From the NCBI GenBank assembly GCA_963675515.1, contig OY776328.1:2849240-2881239 (forward strand): a stretch of DNA of 32,000 nucleotides, given 5' to 3'. The position numbers were made by a program, and so were the translations under genes. The DNA is from Coprobacillaceae bacterium. GTDB lineage: Bacteria; Bacillota_I; Bacilli_A; Erysipelotrichales; Coprobacillaceae. The stretch's first letter is position 1, and each line of letters starts with the position of its first letter. Below the pieces are notes generated by a model. It ran no database searches and had not been told where the DNA came from. It was given only the letters and a program-made list of their open reading frames with translations. This document shows, one piece after another, positions 19,761-28,127 of the stretch.

Positions 19761-20536
19761 CAGGTGAACACATTGTAATCCAGATCCGGATGGATGCCGG
19801 GGCGGGTAAGAGAAAAATCAAAGCGGACCGGATCCTCAGGATCATATTTTTTCAAGCTTTCCGTTATCTCCAGAGCCGTTTTCATACCCCCGTCATTACG
19901 GGTGGTGAGTTCTAATATTCTGCTGATTTTTAAAATATGAGTAATCCAGTGGAATCAGTAATCTGGACTTTGGAATCCCTGTCCAGCCGCCGGGATCAAT
20001 ATTATCAGAGCGTATCATCCAGCGGAGATATAAGTTCAGTCTTTTACAGGCGCTTCCCCTGGATGGTTTTGCCATCATTTTTAAATTATTTTCACTGCTC
20101 AGGTCTTCAACAAAAGCCTCAAGGGCAGTCAGAATAGTCGGATCATCCTCTTTAAATCCTCTCAGAAAGCAGGCATTCAGAGACCCCCCAGGATTCAACT
20201 TTTTTTCTTATTGCCATCATCAGGGATACCAGATCATTCCGGCTGTAGAACCAGTACTTGAAACCTTCAAAGAGGCGGTTCAGCTCTTTTTCTGTAGAGT
20301 TCATGAGTTTTTCATAGGGGGAGGGGAGACGGGAGAGGATAGTTTCAATAATGCTAATAATGGCGTTTACCCCGTCCCAGTGCCAGTGAGGATGCCAGAA
20401 GCCCGACGATCTCTCTGTCCTTTACATCAGGATATGAGAATAAAAACTGAAGAGGATCGGGCCGGACATACTCACGGTGATGATATTTACTGTAGGTATC
20501 CTCCAGTATCCGGGCAACCCTCTTTTCTTTTTGCAT
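19760..20536 (-). pseudogene. TIGR02757 (DUF2400) family protein; about three frame changes as assembled
   Basis: MQKEKRVARILEDTYSKYHHREYVRPDPLQFLFSYPDVKDREIVGLLASSLALG continues in other frames as VNAIISIIETILSRLPSPYEKL..FEGFKYWFY, then GSLNACFLRGFKEDD..ACKRLNLYLRWMIRSDNIDPGGW..LLIPLD, then THILKISRILELTTRNDGG..RPGIHPDLDYNVFT*. The breaks are at about 20370-20373, the T7 run at 20200-20206 and about 19943. Confidence 0.65.
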
Positions 20537-20593
20537 TTCTTACAATAACCGTAAAAGCTTAAAAAATCTTCACTTTTCCCGCTGGGGTGAAAT

Positions 20594-20630
20594 TAAAAAA
20601 ACTGCCCGGCGGCAGAGCTTCCTGCCGCCG
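20594..20630 (-). terminator. intrinsic terminator of the acyl-CoA dehydrogenase gene
   Basis: On the minus strand: CGGCGGCAG-GAAGCT-CTGCCGCCG, a perfect 9-bp GC-rich stem, followed by GGGCAG and T7. It starts 19 nt after the stop at 20649. Confidence 0.75.
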
Positions 20631-20648
20631 CCGTCCCTATCAGCTTTA

Positions 20649-22149
20649 TTAAGAGGACACTGTATTCCGCCAATCAGAGGACCCCCCGGCCGGTACATCT
20701 ATGTAGACGGCTGCGTTGACTCCCTGATAACTCCCCAGAAGAGCCTGTATCCTTTCCGTCATGGATGAGAGAGCCTGATTGATCAAAGCAGGATCATAGC
20801 CGCCCTGTCCCATATCCTTTGTCCACTCCAGACTTGTTATCCTTCCCAGTATCCGTCCTAATTCCACTTTTTTTCTTTGAACCATAGCGGGATCAATTGT
20901 GAAGTCAGTCATTTTTCTTATACCATCGGAAATACGGGCGGTCAGAGGATGAGTTTTTAATGCCGAGGATAGTTTGTATGTCTTTGTCAGTTTCATGTGC
21001 TTGATGAATTGATCTGTCACCTGCTGATAGATGACATCATTGGAACCTTCAAATATCTGGAAGGGGCGGCTGTCTACCACCGATCTTCCTGCTATATGAT
21101 TCAGCTTATAGCCCTTGGCTCCCACCAGCTGCAGCAGAGACTGAGCGGCATTCTGCATCATATCACTCAGTACTGTTTTATGGATGTTCGCTTCCAGAGA
21201 CCGTCCTGACAGATCATTTTCTATGGATGATATAGCAGAGGCATGTCGGCAGAATGCGGAGGCAATTGTAAAATCCGCCTGTAGATCAGAAAGACGTTTT
21301 TGAACCTGATCATAGGAAATAAGGGTTTTGCCGCTGACTACACGCTCTTTTGTATGGCTCACAGCTTCATCCAGCATTCGGTGAATAAAACCTGAAGCCA
21401 TGCCGGAAAATCTCATTCTGCTCCGGTGCAGTAAATCCTGCATAAGTCTTATGCCGGACCGGGGCGCTGTGAGCCTGTGATGGGCGGGAACTGTCACATT
21501 TACTTCATTCAGGGCATAGGGAATCATATAAAGTCCCAGATTGGAAAACTTTTCAAGGGGCTTCACATATTGCCGGGGATCTGATGAATTACAGACAAAA
21601 AAATCAATATCCCGTTTAAGTTCGGCCGCATTTTTTTCTTCCCTGGCAGTCATCAGCCAGTAATCGGCCCTTCCGCTTAATCCGGCCCAGTGTTTTTTTT
21701 CCGACTATCTTATAATCAGAGTCTTTTCTTTTCCAGCTTGTTCTCATGGCAAGGGCGTCTGTTCCGTAGTCAGGCTCCGTAATCATCAGACCGCCCAGGG
21801 AATTGTTTTTCAAAAAGGGCCGGAATATCTCATCTTTGAGCCTCTCTTCTCCGTATTTGGCCACAGGTTCCAGAAACAGGGCACCATTGATTCCCAGCAG
21901 GAGAGAAAGGGGCAGCGATTCATAGGAGGTGGTTTCAAGAAGACTTAAGATTTCGGCAGGTTTACCGCCCCGGCCACCATAGGCTTCCGGAATTGAAACT
22001 GAAGAAGGTTTTGTGGCTGCAAGACCCTCCAGAACCTCCCGGGGTATTCCTCTCTGCTCTCCCTCTGTTTCCTGAAAGCCGGGATCACTGAATATCTGCC
22101 TTAATTTATTACCGTAATGATGAAGGTATTCCTTGAATGATTCTGTCAT
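20649..22149 (-). pseudogene. acyl-CoA dehydrogenase family protein (~500 aa with a C-terminal extension); one frame change as assembled
   Basis: ORF 21616..22149 (..GGLMITEPDYGTDALAMRTSW..DYKIVGKK) joins ORF 20649..21653 when the A8 run (T8 at 21693-21700 on the plus strand) is read as A7. The junction then reads HWAGLSGRADYWLMTAREE. RPFQIFEGSNDVIYQQV is the ACAD C-terminal motif, and about 110 further residues follow it. Confidence 0.8.
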
Positions 22150-22509
22150 ATATATTGCTCCTTCTAAATACTAGTAAATTACTATTATATAGATTTAGTC
22201 AATACATATATTCATACAGGCTATTAACTTTCTGTCATTCTTCAAAAAAAGCCCCTTTTTTAAATGCGTGATTTTTCTGTCCTGAAGACAATATCTGGTA
22301 CAGAGTTTCCTTTGCAAATTATTTCAGACTGAAAGGGGTATAAATGGAGAGATGGCTGGAAAAAGTTTTCTGAATATATAAAAATAATGGATTTGTGTAT
22401 TCTTGTTACAGCTAATCTGAGTCAAAAACAGAGTTGACCGGAAACGTTCCCTGGCAAAATCATTATCAAATTACTCAAATATTTCTTGTATTAATTTACC
22501 CATCATCTT

Positions 22510-22549
22510 ATATTTAATCATGCACGATCAATCATGAAAGATTAAATAT
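22510..22549. promoter_or_regulatory. candidate OhrR/MarR operator: ATATTTAATC-N20-GATTAAATAT
   Basis: Perfect 10-bp AT-rich inverted repeat ending 19 nt before ATG 22568. The spacer holds a direct repeat ATCATG...ATCATG. Confidence 0.4.
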
Positions 22550-22567
22550 CAAATAAGGGAGTTCTAT

Positions 22568-23968
22568 ATGGATATATATGATGTTGTTATTATAGGAGCC
22601 GGTTCCGGCGGTATTACAGCAGCTGTGACTGCTGCGGGCTTTGGAAAAAAGGTGCTGCTTATAGATAAAAATAGACCGGGCGGGGAGTGCACCTGGTCCG
22701 GCTGTGTCCCCAGTAAAGCTCTTATCCATGAAGCCAAAAAAGTATTTACTGTCAGAAATGAAGTTAAAGAGTACTCCTATGACAGTAAAAAAGCATTGGA
22801 TCATGTTCATGCGGTCAGAGAGACTATCTATGCCCATGAAACACCGGAAGCTCTCTCTCAATCCGGAATTGAGTACCTTAATGGAGAAGCCAGATTTAAA
22901 GACAGCACAACCCTCCTGGCGGGAGGAAGGGAAATCCGGGGGAAAAAGTTTATAATTTCAACAGGTTCATCTCCCTTTGTTCCTCCCATTGACGGCCTTG
23001 ATTCCGTCTCCTTCCTTACAAACGAGAACATATTCGAACTGGAAAGGCTTCCCCAAAGCCTTATCATTCTGGGGGGAGGTCCCATAGGACTTGAACTGGC
23101 CCAGGCTGCCGGCCGGCTGGGGACTGCGGTTCAGCTTGTCGAGATGATGCCTGTTCTTATCTTCAGAGAGGAGCTGGAATTCTCACTGGCTATCCAGAAA
23201 CGCCTAATTGAAGAAGGTGTGAAAATCCATTTGGGAGCAAAAGCAACTCATATAAGCAGGTCGGGGGATAAGATTGCTCTGACTTATGAAAGAGACGGGG
23301 AGGATCACAGCATTGAAGCGGATTCTCTGCTCGTTGCAATCGGGCGGAAACCAAACCTTGATGGACTGGAACTGGATAAAGCCGGAATCAAATATAACCG
23401 GAAAGGGATAGAGGTGAATTCCAGGCTGCAGACCAGCCGGCCGCATATTTATGCTATCGGAGACGTAGTAGGTCCTTATCAGTTCTCTCATATGGCCAAT
23501 GTTCAGGGCATACTGGCCGTACAGAATGCCATACTCCCGATAAAGCGTAAAATACAATATGACCATGTAGCCTGGGTCACATTCACAGAACCCGAAATTG
23601 CCCGGGCCGGGATGACCGAAGGGGAGGCGAGAGAGGCCTATGGTGATTCTGTCCGGATCTATGACTATGATTTTAATAATCTGGACCGTGCAATGACCGG
23701 TGGCGAGACCATAGAAAAGATGAAGGTTATCCTTAACCGTAAGGGTAAGGTACTGGGAATCTCAGTTTTTGCTGACCGTGCCGGTGAGCTTATCGGAGAA
23801 GCACAGCTTCTTAAATCCAGGGGGATTAACTTTGCCAAAATGGGCTCTGTAATTCATCCCTATCCAACCTACAGCGAGGTTTTCTCAAAGATCGGCAAGA
23901 GGGTTATGGTGGACAATATTCTGAATCATCCCCTTGTAAAACTGTTCAGAAAGCAGGAGCTGAAATGA
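22568..23968 (+). CDS. class I pyridine nucleotide-disulfide oxidoreductase (dihydrolipoamide dehydrogenase / mercuric reductase-like)
   Basis: 466 aa. FAD motif IIGAGSGG, redox-active C-x4-C in GGECTWSGCVPSKAL, NAD motif ILGGGPIGLELA, GDV motif AIGDVVG and the dimerisation-domain motif HPYPTYSE. Confidence 0.85.
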   Translation: MDIYDVVIIGAGSGGITAAVTAAGFGKKVLLIDKNRPGGECTWSGCVPSKALIHEAKKVFTVRNEVKEYSYDSKKALDHVHAVRETIYAHETPEALSQSGIEYLNGEARFKDSTTLLAGGREIRGKKFIISTGSSPFVPPIDGLDSVSFLTNENIFELERLPQSLIILGGGPIGLELAQAAGRLGTAVQLVEMMPVLIFREELEFSLAIQKRLIEEGVKIHLGAKATHISRSGDKIALTYERDGEDHSIEADSLLVAIGRKPNLDGLELDKAGIKYNRKGIEVNSRLQTSRPHIYAIGDVVGPYQFSHMANVQGILAVQNAILPIKRKIQYDHVAWVTFTEPEIARAGMTEGEAREAYGDSVRIYDYDFNNLDRAMTGGETIEKMKVILNRKGKVLGISVFADRAGELIGEAQLLKSRGINFAKMGSVIHPYPTYSEVFSKIGKRVMVDNILNHPLVKLFRKQELK

Positions 23969-24429
23969 ATGATGAAGTACTCAGGCTGGATAATCAGATC
24001 TGCTTCCGCCTTTATAAAGCATCCCGTACAATGACACGGCTCTATCAGCCCATACTGGAAACCCTGAATATAACCTATCCCCAGTATCTGACTATGCTGG
24101 TGATGTGGGAGATGGAAAAGATTGATTTTAAAGATCTCGGAAACCGGCTTGACCTGAAAACAGGAACCCTAACCCCGATCATCACACGTCTGGAGAAACT
24201 GGGTTATCTGATCAGGGAGAAGAATGCCGAAGATAACAGGCGAATCTGGGTGGCTCTCAGCAGAGAAGGCCGGGATTTGAAGCACGATGCTCTAAAGGTT
24301 CCCGAGTTTCTCCTGAGTCATATAAATATGGATCTGGAACAGTATCAGAAGTATATAAGCCTTCTGGATGAACTGGGTGAGATTCTCGATAAAGCTGAAA
24401 TAAAACAGAATAAGAAGGTAAAAAAATGA
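23965..24429 (+). CDS. ohrR: MarR-family organic hydroperoxide sensor OhrR (1-Cys type)
   Basis: 154 aa. LDNQICFRLYKASRTMTRLYQPILETLNITYPQYLTMLVMWE..LKTGTLTPIITRLEKLGYLIREKNAEDNRR closely parallels Bacillus-type OhrR, including the single sensing Cys near the N-terminus. ATGA overlap with the upstream gene. Confidence 0.85.
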   Translation: MNDEVLRLDNQICFRLYKASRTMTRLYQPILETLNITYPQYLTMLVMWEMEKIDFKDLGNRLDLKTGTLTPIITRLEKLGYLIREKNAEDNRRIWVALSREGRDLKHDALKVPEFLLSHINMDLEQYQKYISLLDELGEILDKAEIKQNKKVKK

Positions 24430-24872
24430 GATTTATTATAATTATTGTCCTTTTAATTGCGCTGATAGTGCTGGTTATGGTCGTGAAGAATATGAAAACT
24501 CCTGAAGGTCTTGGAGTCATTCAGGGGAAACTGGCTCCTCTGCCGAAGTCTCCCAATGCTGTATCCAGTCAAAGTGATGATCCTTATAAAAAAGTGGATC
24601 CTATTCCCTTTAAAGCAGACCTGAGTGAATCAAAGGAGTGGATAAAACAGGCTCTTCTGGCCTATGGCGGTATCAGGATCCTTAAGGAGAATGAAAATTA
24701 TATCCATGCACTAAGCACTACAAGCAAAATGAAATACCATGATGATCTGGAGTTCTATTTTGATGAAAAGGAGGCGCTTATACATTTCCGTTCAGCCTCA
24801 AGAGTCGGATATTCTGATATGGGATTAAACAGGGAGAGGTATGAACGCATTGTGGACCTGCTGAAACAATAG
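24426..24872 (+). CDS. DUF1499 domain-containing membrane-anchored protein
   Basis: 148 aa with an N-terminal TM helix. DDLEFYFDEKEALIHFRSASRVGYSDMGLNRERYERI matches the DUF1499 RSASR.G.SD.G.NR core. ATGA overlap with ohrR. Confidence 0.7.
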   Translation: MRFIIIIVLLIALIVLVMVVKNMKTPEGLGVIQGKLAPLPKSPNAVSSQSDDPYKKVDPIPFKADLSESKEWIKQALLAYGGIRILKENENYIHALSTTSKMKYHDDLEFYFDEKEALIHFRSASRVGYSDMGLNRERYERIVDLLKQ

Positions 24873-24890
24873 GAACTACCATAACTGAAT

Positions 24891-24926
24891 GGGACAGTAA
24901 AGCAGGAGAGACTGTCCCCCTTTTCT
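24891..24926 (+). terminator. intrinsic terminator of the ohrR operon
   Basis: GGGACAGT-12 nt loop-ACTGTCCC followed by CCTTTTCT, 19 nt after the stop at 24872. Confidence 0.65.
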
Positions 24927-24956
24927 GGATATAGCAACCCATCTCGCTGTAATTAA

Positions 24957-25190
24957 GTAATTAAGCTACTCAGTCTTCATTTTAAATACCGCTTACCCGT
25001 CCAATGGAAGCTTGATAATTCAGAAGGATTCTCGGTTTCACTGGTTCTGAATGGCGAAGGAAAGCTGGAGCATGACGGCAATGATTACTCCTTGAAGCAG
25101 GGTGATGAGATATTTCTTCCCTGTTCATCAGAAACCTATGATTTTAAGAATAAAAGCGAAAAGGAATTTGAACATTTTTTTTTGAGATAA
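24957..25190 (+). pseudogene. 3' remnant of a cupin / type I mannose-6-phosphate isomerase-like gene
   Basis: This frame is open from 24957, directly after a TAA, and has no start codon. It reads ..FSVSLVLNGEGKLEHDGNDYSLKQGDEIFLPCSSETYDFKNKSEKEFEHFF, which resembles the last beta-strands of class I PMI/cupins. The 5' ~250 codons are absent. The T10 run at 25175-25184 would give a stop at about 25185-25190 if mis-sized by +/-1. Confidence 0.35.
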
Positions 25191-25235
25191 GGATGACTAA
25201 AAATTCAGTTCAACTTCCTCTGTGTTCTTCTGCGC

Positions 25236-25280
25236 ATTCCGGTGAAGATTGCCACCCATTCCGGACGAAAGTTGCCACCT
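25236..25280. repeat. IS21 terminal repeat units at the istB-proximal end (two tandem units)
   Basis: ATTCCGGTGAAGATTGCCACCC followed by ATTCCGGACGAAAGTTGCCACCT. A further core copy, GTGGCAACTTTCA, lies in the opposite orientation at 25320-25332. Confidence 0.8.
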
Positions 25281-25333
25281 CATCGACATCTCTCAACCTT
25301 CTGATTTTTCTTAACTCAAGTGGCAACTTTCAG

Positions 25334-26074
25334 TCAAGATATTTCCCTTTTTTTCTTCCGTAATGAGTCGCCTTTCAGCTCTATTCGGTATGATTCGTAG
25401 ACTATCCTATCCATGATGGCGTCAGCCACCGTGGATTCACCAATGACAGCGTGCCATGATGAGACTGGCAGCTGCGATATGATCATAGTCGATTTCCGGC
25501 CGTGCCGGTCTTCCAGAATATCCAGTAATTCCAGACGGTTGTCCTGTTTGAAAGGAGACAGTCCGAAATCTTCCAGAATAAGCAGCTCTGCCTTGTAGAT
25601 TCTGGCCAGCTCTTTCAGGTACTTTCCATCTCTTTTCGCCGCCGTGAGCTGCTGGAATAACCGGCTTGTCATCCTGTAAACGGTCCGGTATCCCAGGGCG
25701 CAGGCCTGGTGCCCCAATGCGCTGCCGATGAAGCTCTTTCCAACACCAGTAGGGCCGGTAATCAGGACATCTTTTCCCTGCTTGATCCAGGCGCCGTCGG
25801 CCAGTCGTAAAATCATGTTCTTATCGAGGTTTCGTTCAGTTTGGAAATCCAGCTCTTCAATGGAGGCCTGGTAGCGGAACCCGGCGGCTTTACGCAATCG
25901 TTCCTGCTTCCTCATGGTCCTGTCATCCCACTCTGTATCTATTAGCTGGGACATAAGCTCATCGATGGTAAATTGATGATTCATGCCGGTTTCCAATATG
26001 TTCTGAAAAGCTCGGGCCATACCGTGCAGCCGCATCTCATTCATCTTGGACAGGGTAGCTTGATTGTTGTTCAT
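25334..26074 (-). CDS. istB: IS21-family transposition helper ATPase IstB
   Basis: 246 aa. Walker A GPTGVGKS and Walker B LLILEDFG. The N-terminal ..MRLHGMA.AF...E motif is typical of IstB. Confidence 0.95.
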   Translation of the reverse strand: MNNNQATLSKMNEMRLHGMARAFQNILETGMNHQFTIDELMSQLIDTEWDDRTMRKQERLRKAAGFRYQASIEELDFQTERNLDKNMILRLADGAWIKQGKDVLITGPTGVGKSFIGSALGHQACALGYRTVYRMTSRLFQQLTAAKRDGKYLKELARIYKAELLILEDFGLSPFKQDNRLELLDILEDRHGRKSTMIISQLPVSSWHAVIGESTVADAIMDRIVYESYRIELKGDSLRKKKREIS

Positions 26075-26086
26075 AACTTGTTTCTC

Positions 26087-27649
26087 CTACTTGTAGTATT
26101 GTTCTCCCCGGATGTTTTCATGGTCATCCGGAATAAGTGACAGTTGGGCATCATCCTCGGCGGCTTCAATAGCGGCCTGGATTCGCTCCGCTTCGGCAGC
26201 AATGGTCTTGTAATTGATCCAGTCCATGTTCCAGCTGCTCCGGCAGGCCTGATTCACCACCGATAGAGGATATTGTTTGGTTAGATTCAGAATCCCCATG
26301 GACGCGCGAAATGCCTGCTCCGGGTGCGGCTTGGACTCCAGGAGGTAGTTGATGACTCTCTGGGTATCGTCTCCCACATTCCCGGCCCACCAGCGAAACT
26401 TCTCCACGCTCCATTCCTTGAAGAACCGATGGCCTGCCGGCATATGGTCGGCATGGGTCGTGTAACCGTTCCGGCGGCGGCTGCGCTTATGCTGCCAAAT
26501 CCTGATGTTGTCGTGATATAAAGTGACGTGCTGATCATCATAGATGATTCGAACCCTTTTTCCCTTCAACAGATACGGGGCGCTGTAGTAATGACCGTCC
26601 TCTTTCAAGAAAACATGATAATTGAAGCCGACTAAAGTGTTTTCCTGAAAATACTTCAATGGGTACAGCCCAGACGGGAGTGACTGTAATTTACTCTTCT
26701 CAGTCTCTTCGAACAATTCTCTCCTGGAGACGTCCATCTTGGAAAGCTTCTTTCTGTTATGCTCTTCCAGTTTCTCCCACATGGCCAGATTCAGGTCTCT
26801 TACAGAATAGAATGTTTTCTTCCTCAGAGGGGCAATGATCCGTCGGTAGGCTATTTTGACGGCGTTTTCTACATGGGCCTTATCCTTGGGTTTCCTCGCC
26901 CGTGTGGGCAGAACCGCCGTGTTGTAGTACTCGGCAAAGTCGGCCAGAAGCGGGTTGATCTCCGGCTCATAGAAATTGGCTTTTACTACCGCTGATTTCA
27001 GGTTGTCGGGAACGACGGCCCTGGGGACGCCGCCGAAATATATCAGAGCCCGTTCTATTGACCGGATGAACGATTCCTGGGTCTGATTGTCAGTTGCCTC
27101 GATGTAGGTCAATTGACTAGCGGGTAAGATAGCGACAAATAGCTCTTTGAGGGATGCCTCTCCTGTGGCAGGATCGATGATCTCTCTCCTCTTCCCGGCA
27201 TAGTCTACAAACATCTTGTCCCCCGCCTTGTGGTCCATATGCATGCTGACTTCATCATCCTCTCTCCAGTGCTGGAAATGAAAACAGAACTGAGTGTATT
27301 TCAAGCCATCAGGATTCTCTTGGATGTACTCTTCCCACAGCAGCTGAAGGGTGACTCCCGTCTGCTTCAATTCCCTGGAGAAATGGGGGAAGAGTTCTAT
27401 AAGCTGTTCGGTTTTACCTGGTGGCTTATTCTGGGGATAGAGCGTTTGATTAAAGTCGCTGTCTCTCATGTTCTCCAGATCATCCCAAACAAGTCCGGAA
27501 TCTTCCCATCTGGATATGGTTTTAGAGACTACGGGCCTTGATACATTCAGGGCCAGGGCTATTTGACGGCGGCTGAGTTCAGTCTGAATATGTAAACGGA
27601 TTATTTCTTTTGACTTCTTCACGGTGATCCTCTTCTGCGGCACTTTCAT
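26087..27649 (-). CDS. istA: IS21-family transposase IstA
   Basis: 520 aa. N-terminal HTH (LSRRQIALALNVSRPVVSK) followed by a DDE/rve-type core (MHMDHKAGDKMFVDYAG..VPDNLKSAV..RKPKDKAHVE). It lies immediately upstream of istB. Confidence 0.95.
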   Translation of the reverse strand: MKVPQKRITVKKSKEIIRLHIQTELSRRQIALALNVSRPVVSKTISRWEDSGLVWDDLENMRDSDFNQTLYPQNKPPGKTEQLIELFPHFSRELKQTGVTLQLLWEEYIQENPDGLKYTQFCFHFQHWREDDEVSMHMDHKAGDKMFVDYAGKRREIIDPATGEASLKELFVAILPASQLTYIEATDNQTQESFIRSIERALIYFGGVPRAVVPDNLKSAVVKANFYEPEINPLLADFAEYYNTAVLPTRARKPKDKAHVENAVKIAYRRIIAPLRKKTFYSVRDLNLAMWEKLEEHNRKKLSKMDVSRRELFEETEKSKLQSLPSGLYPLKYFQENTLVGFNYHVFLKEDGHYYSAPYLLKGKRVRIIYDDQHVTLYHDNIRIWQHKRSRRRNGYTTHADHMPAGHRFFKEWSVEKFRWWAGNVGDDTQRVINYLLESKPHPEQAFRASMGILNLTKQYPLSVVNQACRSSWNMDWINYKTIAAEAERIQAAIEAAEDDAQLSLIPDDHENIRGEQYYK

Positions 27650-27738
27650 CTCCTGATATGTAAGTTACATCAGTAGATTGTGCTGCTTTATTGAGGTTGA
27701 TTGAAGTCGTAAGAGGCTTATTCCGGGAAAGCCTCAAA

Positions 27739-27830
27739 AAGTGGCAACTTTAAACCGGAATGGGTGGCAACTTTCGTCCGGAATCACTGGCAACCATGAA
27801 CCGGAATAGGTGGCAACTTTCAGCCGGATT
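27739..27830. repeat. IS21 terminal repeat units at the istA-proximal end (four tandem 23-bp units)
   Basis: AAGTGGCAACTTTAAACCGGAAT / GGGTGGCAACTTTCGTCCGGAAT / CACTGGCAACCATGAACCGGAAT / AGGTGGCAACTTTCAGCCGGATT, with an exact 23-bp period. Confidence 0.8.
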
Positions 27831-28127
27831 TTCTACTTCAATGGGCTGTCAGAGCTGATGGTCCAATCTTTCCGTAAGAAACTCTTTTACAATAGAGGAT
27901 TTGTTTATGAATAAAAGCTGGAATCATGTCCTTTCTGTTTTTTGATAACACATTATAAAATCATTATATCTCTCTTTTGGATAATAAGTTACAGTATATT
28001 TTAAAAATTCTGAGCGGCTTAAAAATCTTTAATCTTTCCAGTGCATCATTGACAGGAAATGCCTTATTTGATAGTACTAGACGAACGGTTGTCTACCAAC
28101 CGTAATTTAAATTTTAAAGGAATTATT

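Larger units (their letters stand above)
25232..27834 (-). mobile_element. IS21-family insertion sequence (~2.6 kb) with intact istA and istB; ends accurate to about +/-15 bp
   Basis: An istA (520 aa) and istB (246 aa) tandem pair is flanked by inverted sets of a 22-23-bp unit. 25258-25280 is the reverse complement of 27762-27784 at 22 of 23 positions. A possible 4-bp duplication TTCT lies at 25228-25231 and 27831-27834. Confidence 0.9.

Noticed and set aside
22344-22373. A 9-codon ORF (MERWLEKVF) with a good SD (AAAGGGG) in the 418-bp region between the acyl-CoA dehydrogenase and disulfide reductase genes, considered as a possible leader peptide.
   Set aside because: It is too short to evaluate. 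It has no adjacent attenuator-like alternative hairpins and no regulatory codon bias. This could easily be chance.
25228-25231. TTCT / TTCT (also at 27831-27834) as the IS21 target-site duplication, which would fix the exact element tips.
   Set aside because: A 4-bp match is weak evidence. Alternative tip placements are possible, for example TG...CA ends at 25243/27822 with CCGG-containing flanks. The boundaries are therefore reported only to about +/-15 bp.
28078-28095. TAGAC-N8-GTCTA palindrome upstream of the PNPOx-family gene, considered as an operator for the nearby TetR (28983..29588).
   Set aside because: It has only 5-bp arms and an imperfect centre. It is a single copy and is not repeated in front of the TetR gene itself, so support is insufficient.
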